64,000 nucleotides of DNA from an uncultured Candidatus Berkelbacteria bacterium (lineage in GTDB: Bacteria; Patescibacteriota; UBA1384; XYA2-FULL-43-10; CAINNR01): assembly GCA_903851235.1 (NCBI GenBank), contig CAINNR010000032.1:25-64024 (forward strand), written 5' to 3'. Made by a program: the position numbers and the translations under genes. Positions 1 to 9,513 of this stretch are shown in pieces; within the stretch, counting starts at the first letter, position 1; each line of letters opens with the position of its first letter. The notes under the pieces are model-generated. The model made no database searches and was not told the origin of the DNA. It saw nothing but the letters and a program-made list of their open reading frames with translations.

Positions 1-2121
1 AGCGGTTCCGCTTGCTCCCTCAGTTGTTCCACCGGAGCAGAATCCACCTATACAAAGCGGATTGTGAAAACAAAATGACCCAATGCAAATAGTTGGAGGA
101 ATCGGTTTACAACTGTCACCAGTGCAAGCTTTGCAATTATCACCGACACAAATTTTACAGATGTTTGGGTCAGTGCATTTGCAAGCTTCACCAATGCAAA
201 CACATTTATCGCCGGTGCATTGGCAAGCGTCTCCGACGCAAGGCTTGCAGGCATCACCAGAGCAAGGTTTGCAACTTTCACCGGTGCAAATTTGGCAACT
301 ATCCGGATTACTGCAAGCGCACTCCGGTCCGCTGCATTGGCATTTATCACCAGTGCAGGCGCAATCACTACCAATACAAACCGGTGAACAACTTGAGCCG
401 GTGCAAACCGGTGGTGTTGGCGGCGTTATCGGTGGGACAACCGGTGGTGTTGGCGGACAGGCTGAACAGCCCAAAGTACCACAATGATTCAAACAATATG
501 CTGGTGGAAAAACCCAGGCAACGGTCACCGTGGCTGAAACGCTTTTACCACAGGAACTGGCAGTTACGGTGTATATTCCGGGCAACGCCGGAGCAACAAA
601 CCTGGCAGTGTCATTACCATTATCAACAATCGTTCCACCAGAAGCCGACCAAGCAATTGTCGCATTTGTAATTCTTGTTCCGTCATTGGCGTACAATTTA
701 GCGGAAAAAGTTGTGCCGGAGTTTGGCGTTAGATAAATACTGGAGGGTGAAATTGTTAAATGATTGGCGCTGGCACAAACATCCGGTGGGGTTGGTGGAA
801 CAACCGGTGGGGTTGGTGGTGTGACCGGACATGCGGAACAACTGCCGCCACAGTCTACACCGGTCTCGCTACCATTTTGAATCCTATCAGAACAGGTTGG
901 AGGCGTTGGTGGACAAGCCGGACAACTTCCGCCACAATCAACACCGGTCTCAGAACCATTCTGGATCCCATCACTACAAGTTGGCGGCGTTGGTGGACAA
1001 GCCGGACAACTTCCGCCACAGTCAACACCGGTCTCAGAACCATTCTGGATCCCATCACTACAAGTTGGCGGCGTTGGTGGACAAGCCGGACAACTTCCGC
1101 CACAATCGACTCCAGTTTCATCTTGGTTTTGAATCCCGTCAGAACAGGTGGCAGGTGGAGAATTGTTTGTGGTGTAGTAAACTGTGTAACTGAGTATTGC
1201 GGGGCTTGCGATACCGTCAGCAGTGCTCAAAGTTGAACGCACTTGTAGATATCGATGGCTAGCATCAGCATTTAAACTACTCAAATCTAGTGCGGTACCG
1301 GAATAATCTTGCGGCCCAGTCCATGAAGACCAATTTGTATTTCCGTCGCCACTTCGAAACTCATAAGTGTTGGTGGTGTTGGCGTTACCACTGTTTTGGT
1401 TATGGTCTATTTCATATGGTGAAAAGTTGTCCCAAGAAGTCAGGTCTACAGTTCCATCAATTTGTGTTGGGGCAGAGACGTGGGTACCGATTGTGCCACC
1501 TGAAGCCTGAATTTCAAAAAGTTGATCCATATAATTATATGAATCACCAAAAACAGTGCCGGTAAATCTTAAATATCGTGCGTTAACTGCTGCAAAATCA
1601 AATGTCCACCAAGGAGGTGAGACAATACCAGATCCACCGGCTTGACCACGCTCTGTATAAACGACACCGTCTTCAGAAGTGTAATCATATAATTGTCCTG
1701 ATGTGACATTTATATAATTTTTTATTTCGCTTATTTGGAAGACCTGACCAAGGTCCATTGTCCATGTTATTGTTCCTGAATGAACTGGGCCAATGCCATA
1801 TGGTGTCGAGACGTCTCCATCAATTGCCAGTTCAGGGTTTGGCCAATCGCCAACAAGTCTTGAGGGGTCTTGTTGATATATCGACCATAGGTCAATGTGT
1901 GTGGCAACGGGATCAATTGTAATAGTTCCATTATTAGTTATCACGTCGCTTTTAGTACCTGCATCCCAATCGGCCTGAGTAGTAAGTGTCGTTGAGTTTG
2001 AGGCTGCTTTTATTTCTTTGTTTGGATTAATCCGATTGTATGAAACAAAATAAAAAAGTGCCAAAAAAACAACAACCACAAAAACTACCAACACGTTTTT
2101 TGAAAGTAAAGCCCTCTTCAT
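1..2121 (-). CDS. Secreted/cell-surface protein, 5'-partial (continues past the left edge). It has an N-terminal signal/TM segment, an F5/8 type C (discoidin)-like domain, four 28-aa CGGSCxxC repeats and a long Cys-rich tail.
   Basis: My own minus-strand translation from ATG at 2121 (MKRALLSKNVLVVFVVVVFLALFYF...) stays open to position 1 with no stops. The track misses it because it runs off the edge. The motif '...DGDVSTPYGIG...ITWTMDLGQVFQISEIK...ARYLRFTGT' resembles discoidin domains. The unit TCSDGIQNGSETGVDCGGSCPACPPTPP repeats four times, followed by a CxxC-rich tail. Confidence 0.75.
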   Translation of the reverse strand, partial: MKRALLSKNVLVVFVVVVFLALFYFVSYNRINPNKEIKAASNSTTLTTQADWDAGTKSDVITNNGTITIDPVATHIDLWSIYQQDPSRLVGDWPNPELAIDGDVSTPYGIGPVHSGTITWTMDLGQVFQISEIKNYINVTSGQLYDYTSEDGVVYTERGQAGGSGIVSPPWWTFDFAAVNARYLRFTGTVFGDSYNYMDQLFEIQASGGTIGTHVSAPTQIDGTVDLTSWDNFSPYEIDHNQNSGNANTTNTYEFRSGDGNTNWSSWTGPQDYSGTALDLSSLNADASHRYLQVRSTLSTADGIASPAILSYTVYYTTNNSPPATCSDGIQNQDETGVDCGGSCPACPPTPPTCSDGIQNGSETGVDCGGSCPACPPTPPTCSDGIQNGSETGVDCGGSCPACPPTPPTCSDRIQNGSETGVDCGGSCSACPVTPPTPPVVPPTPPDVCASANHLTISPSSIYLTPNSGTTFSAKLYANDGTRITNATIAWSASGGTIVDNGNDTARFVAPALPGIYTVTASSCGKSVSATVTVAWVFPPAYCLNHCGTLGCSACPPTPPVVPPITPPTPPVCTGSSCSPVCIGSDCACTGDKCQCSGPECACSNPDSCQICTGESCKPCSGDACKPCVGDACQCTGDKCVCIGEACKCTDPNICKICVGDNCKACTGDSCKPIPPTICIGSFCFHNPLCIGGFCSGGTTEGASGTA
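812..1147. repeat. Four tandem copies of an 84-bp coding repeat; the two central copies are near-identical.
   Basis: ccggacaacttccgccaca...ggatcccatcactacaagttggcggcgttggtggacaag recurs with an 84-nt period at ~896, 980 and 1064, with a diverged copy at ~812. It encodes the 28-aa repeat of the minus-strand protein. Confidence 0.8.
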
Positions 2122-2224
2122 AATCAATTTTTTATTACTAATATAAGTATAACAAAATTCAAGATCAACCGCTACTTTGTAAAAATAGAATTAAAAAAGG
2201 GCTCTCTCGTGAGAGCCCAAATGT

Positions 2225-3223
2225 TCAACCGATCACCCTGATCGGTACTACTCCCTGTGGAGCGAATGGTAGCTCCTTAACAGGGATTATTGTGTAGAGC
2301 CAAGGGCCGGGACCCGCCACAAGTTGGATGGTTGGGGTGGCGGTTACGATTGTTTCGACCTGACCGACTCGCAACTTTACTCCGGGTCGAACGGTCTGCC
2401 TAACATCACCGTCGACCAAGAGTTGTTTTTTCCCAAAACGTGACATTTTGGACGTTTCCTTCAATTCCGCCTGAGTCTTCTCGGCCTTGGCAGAAGAGAT
2501 TGTCCATGTCCCGTTTTCGTTCGTTGCGATGACAGTGCCTTGCCCCGCCGGGATGGCGGTACCGAGCATGGAAAACACAGGAGTCTGTTGGCTTGGAGTC
2601 CAGACCTGTACGGTGCCATTACTGGCAGTCACAGCCCAGCTCTGGTACAAGTACTTGTCTCTAGGCGCGAATTCCAGCTCTAACCGATTCTCGAACCGTC
2701 CGCTGGTGGCAAGTGACCGCCACATGCGTTTTGGCGACCAGATGTCGTTCGCACGGCCGGCGACTTCGGCGTAGGGAATTACCACTTGACGCCATTCGTC
2801 TTTGTTGTCGGCGCCGAAAGTGGAATCCATACTGTGATCGGTGTTATCGCCACGGACGATGAGACCGTCGTGGCGAACCTCGGCAACGCGTTTGACTGCC
2901 CAGCCGAGAGTCTGCCCTCGGAGGGCAACCAGGTCGTTGACCCGAAGTTGCTTCGCCGGATCGGTGAGCCGTTCCATGTGGAAGTTGCCACCGATCAGTG
3001 GCAGTGTTGGCTGCATCGACGGTCCAAAGACGGGGTGGTAACCCCAGATCATCGGGATCGTTGCAAACAACCCGAGGGCAACCATTCCTCCCAGGATCAG
3101 GAATGCCAGCCACATTACGATGCGGCCGACGATGTGGGCCGACAAGTCGGCCTGCCACCATGGAACCGTCGTTCGGACAGGTCGACGCAGAACTTCGGTT
3201 CCGGCGTGTGCAAAGATAGCCAT
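2225..3223 (-). CDS. Signal peptidase I (S26 family)-like membrane protein with a long C-terminal extension. Strongly GC-rich compared with its surroundings.
   Basis: 332-aa ORF. The motifs 'GPSMQPTL' (catalytic Ser box) and 'DGLIVRGDNTDHSMDS' are typical of LepB-like peptidases, and there is a TM helix near the N-terminus. GC is visibly higher than in the flanking DNA. Confidence 0.65.
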   Translation of the reverse strand: MAIFAHAGTEVLRRPVRTTVPWWQADLSAHIVGRIVMWLAFLILGGMVALGLFATIPMIWGYHPVFGPSMQPTLPLIGGNFHMERLTDPAKQLRVNDLVALRGQTLGWAVKRVAEVRHDGLIVRGDNTDHSMDSTFGADNKDEWRQVVIPYAEVAGRANDIWSPKRMWRSLATSGRFENRLELEFAPRDKYLYQSWAVTASNGTVQVWTPSQQTPVFSMLGTAIPAGQGTVIATNENGTWTISSAKAEKTQAELKETSKMSRFGKKQLLVDGDVRQTVRPGVKLRVGQVETIVTATPTIQLVAGPGPWLYTIIPVKELPFAPQGVVPIRVIG

Positions 3224-3308
3224 CAGAAACAGCCTCCGTGCCCGTGTTGGGCGGGTTTTGTGTTTGGAAAAGTGCGGTTTTGATAACGCCTGCGCATTTG
3301 CGCGGGTG

Positions 3309-3356
3309 CTACCTAACCCAAGGATTTTCGGTTTTTAGGCTGAAAACTGCTTGGAT
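3309..3356. repeat. Direct repeat copy 1 (48 bp, identical to 4170-4217).
   Basis: ctacctaacccaaggattttcggtttttaggctgaaaactgcttggat. It is followed by a second, diverged similar block (...tagcatacttttaaaaaaaagtcaatgagt). Confidence 0.85.
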
Positions 3357-3404
3357 TAAGTACAAATCGTTACGCTTGCATTATAGCATACTTTTAAAAA
3401 AAAG

Positions 3405-3947
3405 TCAATGAGTTTTCTCTTGAATTTTCTTCACCATCTTAATACTGTAGTCTCTGAAATCATTTTTTAAATAAAAGTTGATGGCATTTTTATTAAATGC
3501 GTGGACGAGAACAATTAAATTATTAATTCCTTTTTTCTTTGCCCAATTCTGAGTATTTTCTATTAACATTGTCCCAACGCCCTGGCGGGAAAAATCTTTC
3601 GAAACCGACATTTCTTCAACTGAAACACGATTATAGGGGTGAGTCCAATCGTCTCCGTCATCTTTTTCTATAATTGCATAAAGTATGCCGACAACTTTTT
3701 CATCAATTTCGGCAACTAAAAGAAGAGCGTTTTTGTCCTCTGTAATATTTAGAAATGTTCCTTTTGGAAGTGTTGGGATTGGCGGATTTTTGTAATCATT
3801 GGAAATGTTTTTGCTGTAAAGCTTATAATTTTGTTGATATAAAAAATCAACAGATTGAAAATCTGTTTCAACTGCTTTTCTGATTTTGATATTTTCTATT
3901 GTCATTTTATTGTATTGTTCTGCCGGTGGACGCTTTAAGGCGTCCAC
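3405..3947 (-). CDS. GNAT family N-acetyltransferase.
   Basis: 'RQGVGTMLIENTQNWAKKKG' matches the acetyl-CoA binding motif A. The first 14 annotated codons overlap a perfect hairpin, so the true start may be the internal Met at ~3905 (MTIENIK...). Confidence 0.7.
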   Translation of the reverse strand: MDALKRPPAEQYNKMTIENIKIRKAVETDFQSVDFLYQQNYKLYSKNISNDYKNPPIPTLPKGTFLNITEDKNALLLVAEIDEKVVGILYAIIEKDDGDDWTHPYNRVSVEEMSVSKDFSRQGVGTMLIENTQNWAKKKGINNLIVLVHAFNKNAINFYLKNDFRDYSIKMVKKIQEKTH

Positions 3948-4169
3948 CGGCAGACTGATGTTCTCCGCCTCTACTTCTTGAACTTTTCCGGTTTGTAGCT
4001 CTCCTTCGTCGGGCCGGGCTTATTCCCGGGACCCCTCGGCACCTTGGTCTGGTGCTTGTCGCGGGTGCTTTTGGGGTTGCCTGTCGACTGCTTCTTCCGA
4101 TCGTGAGTCATGTTCGACACAACCTTTCTTGACGTCTGCGACAGGTCGGTTGGTGCTCGGAAGCGATCC

Positions 4170-4217
4170 TACCTAACCCAAGGATTTTCGGTTTTTAGGC
4201 TGAAAACTGCTTGGATC
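4170..4217. repeat. Direct repeat copy 2 (48 bp, identical to 3309-3356).
   Basis: Same 48-mer, followed by a diverged similar block (...tagcacacttcttgcaaaaagtcaatgagt). GC-rich DNA abuts the left side of both copies. Confidence 0.85.
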
Positions 4218-4493
4218 AGGCTTAAATCATTAACTCCTCCAGTATAGCACACTTCTTGCAAAAAGTCAATGAGTCTGTATATATTTTTATCGCTCTGACA
4301 TTTTTTCTATTACTATTATATCAAATCCCCTACAGATTATCCCTTTGATCCATTAGTAAATAGTAATAGAGCAAAGGAGTAAATCGTAAAGCGGGCAAAA
4401 ATTATAAAAAAAATGAAAAAAACGGGAATTACCGAGTCAAGTAGTTAGAACAGGTAACTTTAGTCGGGGTGTTGCATGATTCATAAGTTCTCC

Positions 4494-4527
4494 GGGGATT
4501 CGAGACGATCGACTCCCCTTTTTTTAT
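4494..4527 (+). terminator. Putative intrinsic terminator (hairpin plus T-run) in a non-coding stretch upstream of yebC.
   Basis: ggggattcgagacgatcgactcccc followed by ttttttt. No upstream ORF was identified. Confidence 0.3.
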
Positions 4528-4601
4528 TGCCAAAAACAACGGAATGAGATAAATTTAAATTAGGTTCCCGCCTTCGCGGGAATGACAGTTAAGGAGAAAC
4601 C

Positions 4602-5321
4602 ATGTCAGGACATTCAAAGTGGGCGACAACTAAACATAAAAAGGCGATTATTGATGCCAAGAGGTCGGCTTCTTTTACCAAATTGGCGAACATCGTCACT
4701 ATCGCCGCTAGAAACGGTGGTGATCCGATTTTAAATTTTGCGTTGCGGTTGGCGATTGATCGGGCAAAAGCCGCTTCAATGCCGAAGGAAAATATTGACA
4801 GGGCGATCAAACGAGGAACCGGCGAAATTGCTGGTATGGCGATCGAAGAGATTATTTATGAAGGTTACGGTCCAGGTGGTGTGGCAATATTGGTTCAGTG
4901 TTTAAGCGATAATCGCCAACGAACGGTCGGAAATGTTCGAGCGGCATTCAGCAAATTTGGCGGATCTTTAGCCGAGGCCGGTAGTGTTGCCTATCTGTTT
5001 GAGAAAAAAGGCCAAATTCTTATCAATCAATCGGAAAATAGTTTATCGGCTGATCAGTTAGAGGAGTTAACTATCGAATCTGCTGCTGATGATTTTCAAA
5101 TAGAAGACGAAAACATCATCATTTATACTTCCGTTTCCGATTTACAATCCGTTTCAAAATTTCTGACCGATGCCGGCGCAAAAATATCATCATCGGAACT
5201 AACTTATTTGCCAAAAACAACTGTTACGGTTCCGGAGGACAAATTAGTGTCATTGGGAAAACTTCTTGATCTACTTGAGGCTGACGATGATGTGACTAAT
5301 GTTTATTCGAATATCGAATAA
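4602..5321 (+). CDS. yebC: YebC/PmpR family DNA-binding transcriptional regulator.
   Basis: 'MSGHSKWATTKHKKAIIDAKR...' is the conserved family N-terminus. RBS aaGGAGaaacc precedes the ATG. Length 239 aa. Confidence 0.9.
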   Translation: MSGHSKWATTKHKKAIIDAKRSASFTKLANIVTIAARNGGDPILNFALRLAIDRAKAASMPKENIDRAIKRGTGEIAGMAIEEIIYEGYGPGGVAILVQCLSDNRQRTVGNVRAAFSKFGGSLAEAGSVAYLFEKKGQILINQSENSLSADQLEELTIESAADDFQIEDENIIIYTSVSDLQSVSKFLTDAGAKISSSELTYLPKTTVTVPEDKLVSLGKLLDLLEADDDVTNVYSNIE

Positions 5322-5363
5322 TTTTTTAGCTCAAAAGATAAATTTGAACTTTAATTTACAGTT

Positions 5364-5855
5364 ATGAAAATTCTTGGCATTGACCCTGGTACGGCGATTG
5401 TTGGTTGGGGAATGATTGAAACTAGCGGCCGGAAGATCGGGAATACAGTTGTTCCGAAGGTTTTGAGTTGTGGAGTTATCACAACCAAATCGGGAACTCC
5501 TGACGCCGATCGGCTGGAGATTATTTTTGATTCCATTTCTGATATAATAAAAGGCGGGAAGCCAGATTCTGTCGCCGTCGAGCAATTATTCTTTTTTAAG
5601 AATCAGAAAACCATTATGACGGTTTCTCAAAGTCGAGGCGCGATTATCCTGGCGGTCAGAAAATCCAGGACGCCGATGTTTGAATTTACGCCGCTTCAAG
5701 TCAAACAAGCGGTTTGCGGTTATGGGCGGGCCGACAAAAATCAAGTTCAGGAGATGGTGAAGGCATTATTACATTTAAAAGAAATTCCCAAACCGGATGA
5801 CGCCGCCGATGCATTGGCAATAGCGCTGTGCTGTGCACAAACAGGAAAATTTTAG
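5364..5855 (+). CDS. ruvC: Holliday junction resolvase RuvC.
   Basis: 'MKILGIDPGTAIVGWG' carries the catalytic Asp motif. Length 163 aa. Confidence 0.9.
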   Translation: MKILGIDPGTAIVGWGMIETSGRKIGNTVVPKVLSCGVITTKSGTPDADRLEIIFDSISDIIKGGKPDSVAVEQLFFFKNQKTIMTVSQSRGAIILAVRKSRTPMFEFTPLQVKQAVCGYGRADKNQVQEMVKALLHLKEIPKPDDAADALAIALCCAQTGKF

Positions 5856-5880
5856 ATATTAATTTCTATTTCTAAACTGT

Positions 5881-6936
5881 TTGGAAGAAAAATATATTCT
5901 AATTTTTATAGTCATGTCTCTAATCGATATCAACAAGCGGATGCAAGAAGAGAGCGGTTTTATTCCGCCGATTTTGCGTCAAAATATTATTACTGGAGAC
6001 TGGATTGTTATTGCCCCCGGCCGTTCTCGCCGGCCGGATGATTTTATCCATCCGAAAATGGAAGCGACAAAATCTAGCGGTAAGTGCCCGTTTTGTGTCG
6101 GCTCCAAGGGTTATAAGGAAAATGAAATAGTTGTAAACCATGGAGATATTTACGTTATTGAAAATAAATTTCCGGCTTTTTACGAAAAACGTTCGGCAAC
6201 CAGAAGTTATTATCCCGAAGACGCTTTCTATCGCGAACGTCCATCAGTTGGTCAACATGAGGTTGTAATCATCAAAGATCACGACACCGGTCTAACGAAG
6301 CTCTCAAAGAGCTTGACTTCGGAAATGTTTTGGATTATTCTAGAGCGGTACCGGAAAATGAAAGAGGACGACCAGGTTGTCTCGATTACGGCGATTTACA
6401 ATCACGGTCCGGAGGCTGGAGCTTCGATTGATCATCCACATGCACAGATTTTCGCTTCGGGGATCGTTGCCAATACAGTCAATCGAGAAATGGATGGTGC
6501 TGAAAGATATTTCGGCATCAATGGTGTTTGTGTTTACTGCGACATAATCAAACATGAACGGAGTGAAAAATCGCGAATAGTCTATCAAAATGATTATTTT
6601 CTAGCTTTTGCGCCTTTTGCTTCGCGTTATCCGTTCGAGACGTGGGTCATTCCCAAGCGTCACCAGAGCCAATTTGAAAACTCATCGCGGAATGAAATTG
6701 ATGAATTTGCCGATGCGGCGACCGAAGTCTTGCACCGATTGGAAAAAGTCTTACCTGGGTTGTCGCTTAACATGTATGTTCGAACTTTGCCGGTCATAAT
6801 GAACGACTGTGGCTATTATCACTGGTATTTGGAAATTGCGCCGCGCCTGACAACTTTTGGCGGTTTTGAAATGGGTTCGGGTGTTATTATCAACATTGTT
6901 CCGCCGGAAAAAGCGGCCGAATATTTAAAAAAATAA
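5881..6936 (+). CDS. galT: Galactose-1-phosphate uridylyltransferase-like (GalT/HIT superfamily).
   Basis: Zinc-site 'CPFCVG' and the HIT-like 'HPHAQIFA' motif. The start could be ATG at ~5911. Confidence 0.75.
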   Translation: MEEKYILIFIVMSLIDINKRMQEESGFIPPILRQNIITGDWIVIAPGRSRRPDDFIHPKMEATKSSGKCPFCVGSKGYKENEIVVNHGDIYVIENKFPAFYEKRSATRSYYPEDAFYRERPSVGQHEVVIIKDHDTGLTKLSKSLTSEMFWIILERYRKMKEDDQVVSITAIYNHGPEAGASIDHPHAQIFASGIVANTVNREMDGAERYFGINGVCVYCDIIKHERSEKSRIVYQNDYFLAFAPFASRYPFETWVIPKRHQSQFENSSRNEIDEFADAATEVLHRLEKVLPGLSLNMYVRTLPVIMNDCGYYHWYLEIAPRLTTFGGFEMGSGVIINIVPPEKAAEYLKK

Positions 6937-6939
6937 ATC

Positions 6940-8214
6940 ATGAAAATACTACAACTTCTATGCGTTCCTCTTTACGGGACCGGAAGTGGAACTTACGTTA
7001 GAAAGCTCTCTGAACGTTTGGTAAAAAGCGGCCACCAAGTCGCAATCGTCACTCCGGATAATCGCGAACTTAAAAAAATAAAGATCTATGAAGTAAAATT
7101 GCCTTTTATGGCGACTTTTCTCGGTCAACCGGAACATCCTGAGGCGAAGCTTTACTCCAAGCTTTCCGGCGAAGAGCTTAATGATGTCCAAACGGCTTTC
7201 GAGTCATCAATTATCAAAGCGGTTGAGGATTTCAGGCCCGATGTTATCCATGTTCATCATGCTGCCAATTTGAGTTGGATCGCAAATTATCTAAAATCGG
7301 TTTATCAAATTCATTATATTATTACCTCTCATAACACTGATGTGATTAATGCAATTCTTGACAAAAGATATATACCGATGACCCAAGACGCTCTAAATCG
7401 GGCAGATGTAATTACGGCGGTTTCAAAAAACACTAAAGATCGGTTGTTGAAAATCTTTGGCAAAGGATTGCCAAAGATGAAATCAAAAACCAAGGTAATC
7501 TCTTGCGGTGTCGACACGAAATTTTATCCATCAAGAGGCAGCGTTGATTTGGCGAATGAAAAATTCAATCTGAAAGGAAAAAAAGTTATTCTTTATTCCG
7601 GCCGAGTAAATATCGTGAAAGGCGTCGGCATATTAATAAAAACGGCAAAATTGTTTCCGGAGATAGCCTTTGTTATTATGGGCAACGGTGAAGATTTGGA
7701 TCAACTAAAACAGTTGGTCAAAGAAATTGGCGTCAAGAATATTATTTTTACCGGTTATCTTGGCCCTGACGATCAAAATTTGATGTGCCAATTATACCGT
7801 CGAGCTGATATTGTCGCCGTTCCATCAATTATTGTTGAAGGTGTTCCACTCTCGGCGCTTGAAGCGATGTCCTCCGGCGCTTTGGTAATTGCCAGTAATA
7901 TCGGCGGAATCCCGACAGCTATCTCCAATTTAAAAAACGGAATTCTGGTTAAACCTAAAAGTGTTAGCGCCTTGGCCGAAGCGATAAAATTCGCATATAA
8001 CAATCCGAGAAAAGTTAAAAAAATGGTTTTGAAAGCTAGAAATGATGTCAAAACAAAGTTTGATTGGAAGGTAATTTCTAAAAAATTTGAACACGCATAT
8101 AATGTTGCTTTCCAGAGAGGATTAAAGAATCGCCTGACAAAGAAACCGTCATTTGTCAGCGAAGAGGAGTATATGGAAAGCAAGGAGTACGCAAAACAAA
8201 AAATTAAACTCTAG
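6940..8214 (+). CDS. Glycosyltransferase family 4 (group 1).
   Basis: C-terminal 'EGVPLSALEAMSSGALVIASNIGGIP' is a typical GT4 EX7E region. Confidence 0.8.
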   Translation: MKILQLLCVPLYGTGSGTYVRKLSERLVKSGHQVAIVTPDNRELKKIKIYEVKLPFMATFLGQPEHPEAKLYSKLSGEELNDVQTAFESSIIKAVEDFRPDVIHVHHAANLSWIANYLKSVYQIHYIITSHNTDVINAILDKRYIPMTQDALNRADVITAVSKNTKDRLLKIFGKGLPKMKSKTKVISCGVDTKFYPSRGSVDLANEKFNLKGKKVILYSGRVNIVKGVGILIKTAKLFPEIAFVIMGNGEDLDQLKQLVKEIGVKNIIFTGYLGPDDQNLMCQLYRRADIVAVPSIIVEGVPLSALEAMSSGALVIASNIGGIPTAISNLKNGILVKPKSVSALAEAIKFAYNNPRKVKKMVLKARNDVKTKFDWKVISKKFEHAYNVAFQRGLKNRLTKKPSFVSEEEYMESKEYAKQKIKL

Positions 8215-8223
8215 GAGGATTGA

Positions 8224-9096
8224 ATGCCGGAACAAATATCTCCCGGTGAAATTGGCCTTTGTCCGCACGGCAGATTGCCGGGGATTTGCAAGGAATGTCT
8301 GGCGACTGACGAAGGAAAAAATCAGCAAACGGAGATTAGAGAATTGGCGAAGGCAATCGGCTCTGAAAAAGCAAAGGAACTCTGGAAAAGTTTGGAAGAT
8401 GAAGGTAAGGATCCTAAAGAATATATTTATGATATGGCTATGGTTTTGGGTGCCGGCTTTCGCGAAGCCAATGAACACCTGAATAAGGAATTTCGCATGA
8501 GATTGATTGCCGCCGCTCAAATGTATATTGAGGGCCGAGTCAGAGTCATTTGTTTAACCGGTGGCATGGGGAGTGAAAAATGGCAACATCTCGGTGCCTT
8601 GTCCGAAGTAGCAAAAAAATACTTAGTTACAAAATTCGGAATTCCAGCGGAAGATATTATCCTCGAAAACAGGTCTGATGCGACTCATGGAAATTTAGCT
8701 CTCGGTCTCCGAGAAGTCTACAAAGAAGATATTCCGGTTGGCAAATTTGCCATTATCTCGACCAATTATCACCTAAATCGTGCCAGAGAAATGGCCAAAG
8801 CAATGGGAATTAAAACCGATTTAGTGCCAGCCGAATCGCAACTCTTGCATCGCAGTCCGCATTACCGCAAGTTTGTTGAGAATTGGTTAGTGAAGGCGCA
8901 AAATGCCGGTATGGAAGAAAATGAGGTTGATAAACTTCAAGACGAAGAGTATTGGGCTGAGCGCAGAGCGGTTTTTGAAACTCCGCTTGATCAGGAACCG
9001 CCACATGTCGATGTTTCGGCAACGATTGCCAAAACGGCGACAAAATTGTCGCAAGCCGGCGGTGAAACCAAAGGAATCCAAACTGATGCGTTTTGA
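8224..9096 (+). CDS. DUF218/YdcF-like (SanA/ElyC family) protein with an N-terminal CxxC...CxxC ribbon.
   Basis: 'ICLTGGMGSEKW' and 'STNYHLNRAREMAKAMG' match the DUF218 pattern. N-terminal CPHG...CKEC. Confidence 0.6.
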   Translation: MPEQISPGEIGLCPHGRLPGICKECLATDEGKNQQTEIRELAKAIGSEKAKELWKSLEDEGKDPKEYIYDMAMVLGAGFREANEHLNKEFRMRLIAAAQMYIEGRVRVICLTGGMGSEKWQHLGALSEVAKKYLVTKFGIPAEDIILENRSDATHGNLALGLREVYKEDIPVGKFAIISTNYHLNRAREMAKAMGIKTDLVPAESQLLHRSPHYRKFVENWLVKAQNAGMEENEVDKLQDEEYWAERRAVFETPLDQEPPHVDVSATIAKTATKLSQAGGETKGIQTDAF

Positions 9097-9163
9097 ATTA
9101 TTTGATTTCTATTTTGGAAAAGTATATTTTATAATAAATAAGAATTAATTTTTGGAGGCGAAA

Positions 9164-9493
9164 ATGAGCGAGCTTGAAGGAGATTTTAAATCTGAGGAAG
9201 AGCGACAAGCGGCACGGGATATGGAGATCAAAAAAAGAGAAGCACAAGCAGGAAGGATGAATCGGAGAAATCTTCGCCACATGGAGCATTTTATCGACAG
9301 AGAAGTAATAGAGAACAACATACCCGGGGTGGCAAATGCGACGGAATCTGACGCGGCTCGTCAAATAGGCACAGAGTTAAAGGAGGTCAACGATCTGAAA
9401 ATTGATAATACTGAAGTTGATGTAGCTCGTCAAGATGCAATAGCTGAAGAAAGGCTGAGAAAAGAAAGAGTTGGATTCGATCCAAGCAAATAG
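9164..9493 (+). CDS. Hypothetical highly charged protein.
   Basis: ATG preceded by tttttGGAGGcgaaa. The track start at 9152 is a TTG upstream of this SD. Confidence 0.45.
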   Translation: MSELEGDFKSEEERQAARDMEIKKREAQAGRMNRRNLRHMEHFIDREVIENNIPGVANATESDAARQIGTELKEVNDLKIDNTEVDVARQDAIAEERLRKERVGFDPSK

Positions 9494-9513
9494 TATCTTA
9501 TCGGATCAATCCA

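Noticed and set aside
48-1236. Track ORFs 48-374(-), 83-487(+), 93-671(+), 760-1236(+), 831-1193(+), 855-1121(-) and 1290-1565(+).
   Set aside because: All lie inside or antisense to the long minus-strand ORF 1..2121 and are produced by its repeats. Their products are low-complexity (WRRWW, HRSQNH). The long ORF has a signal peptide and a recognisable domain.
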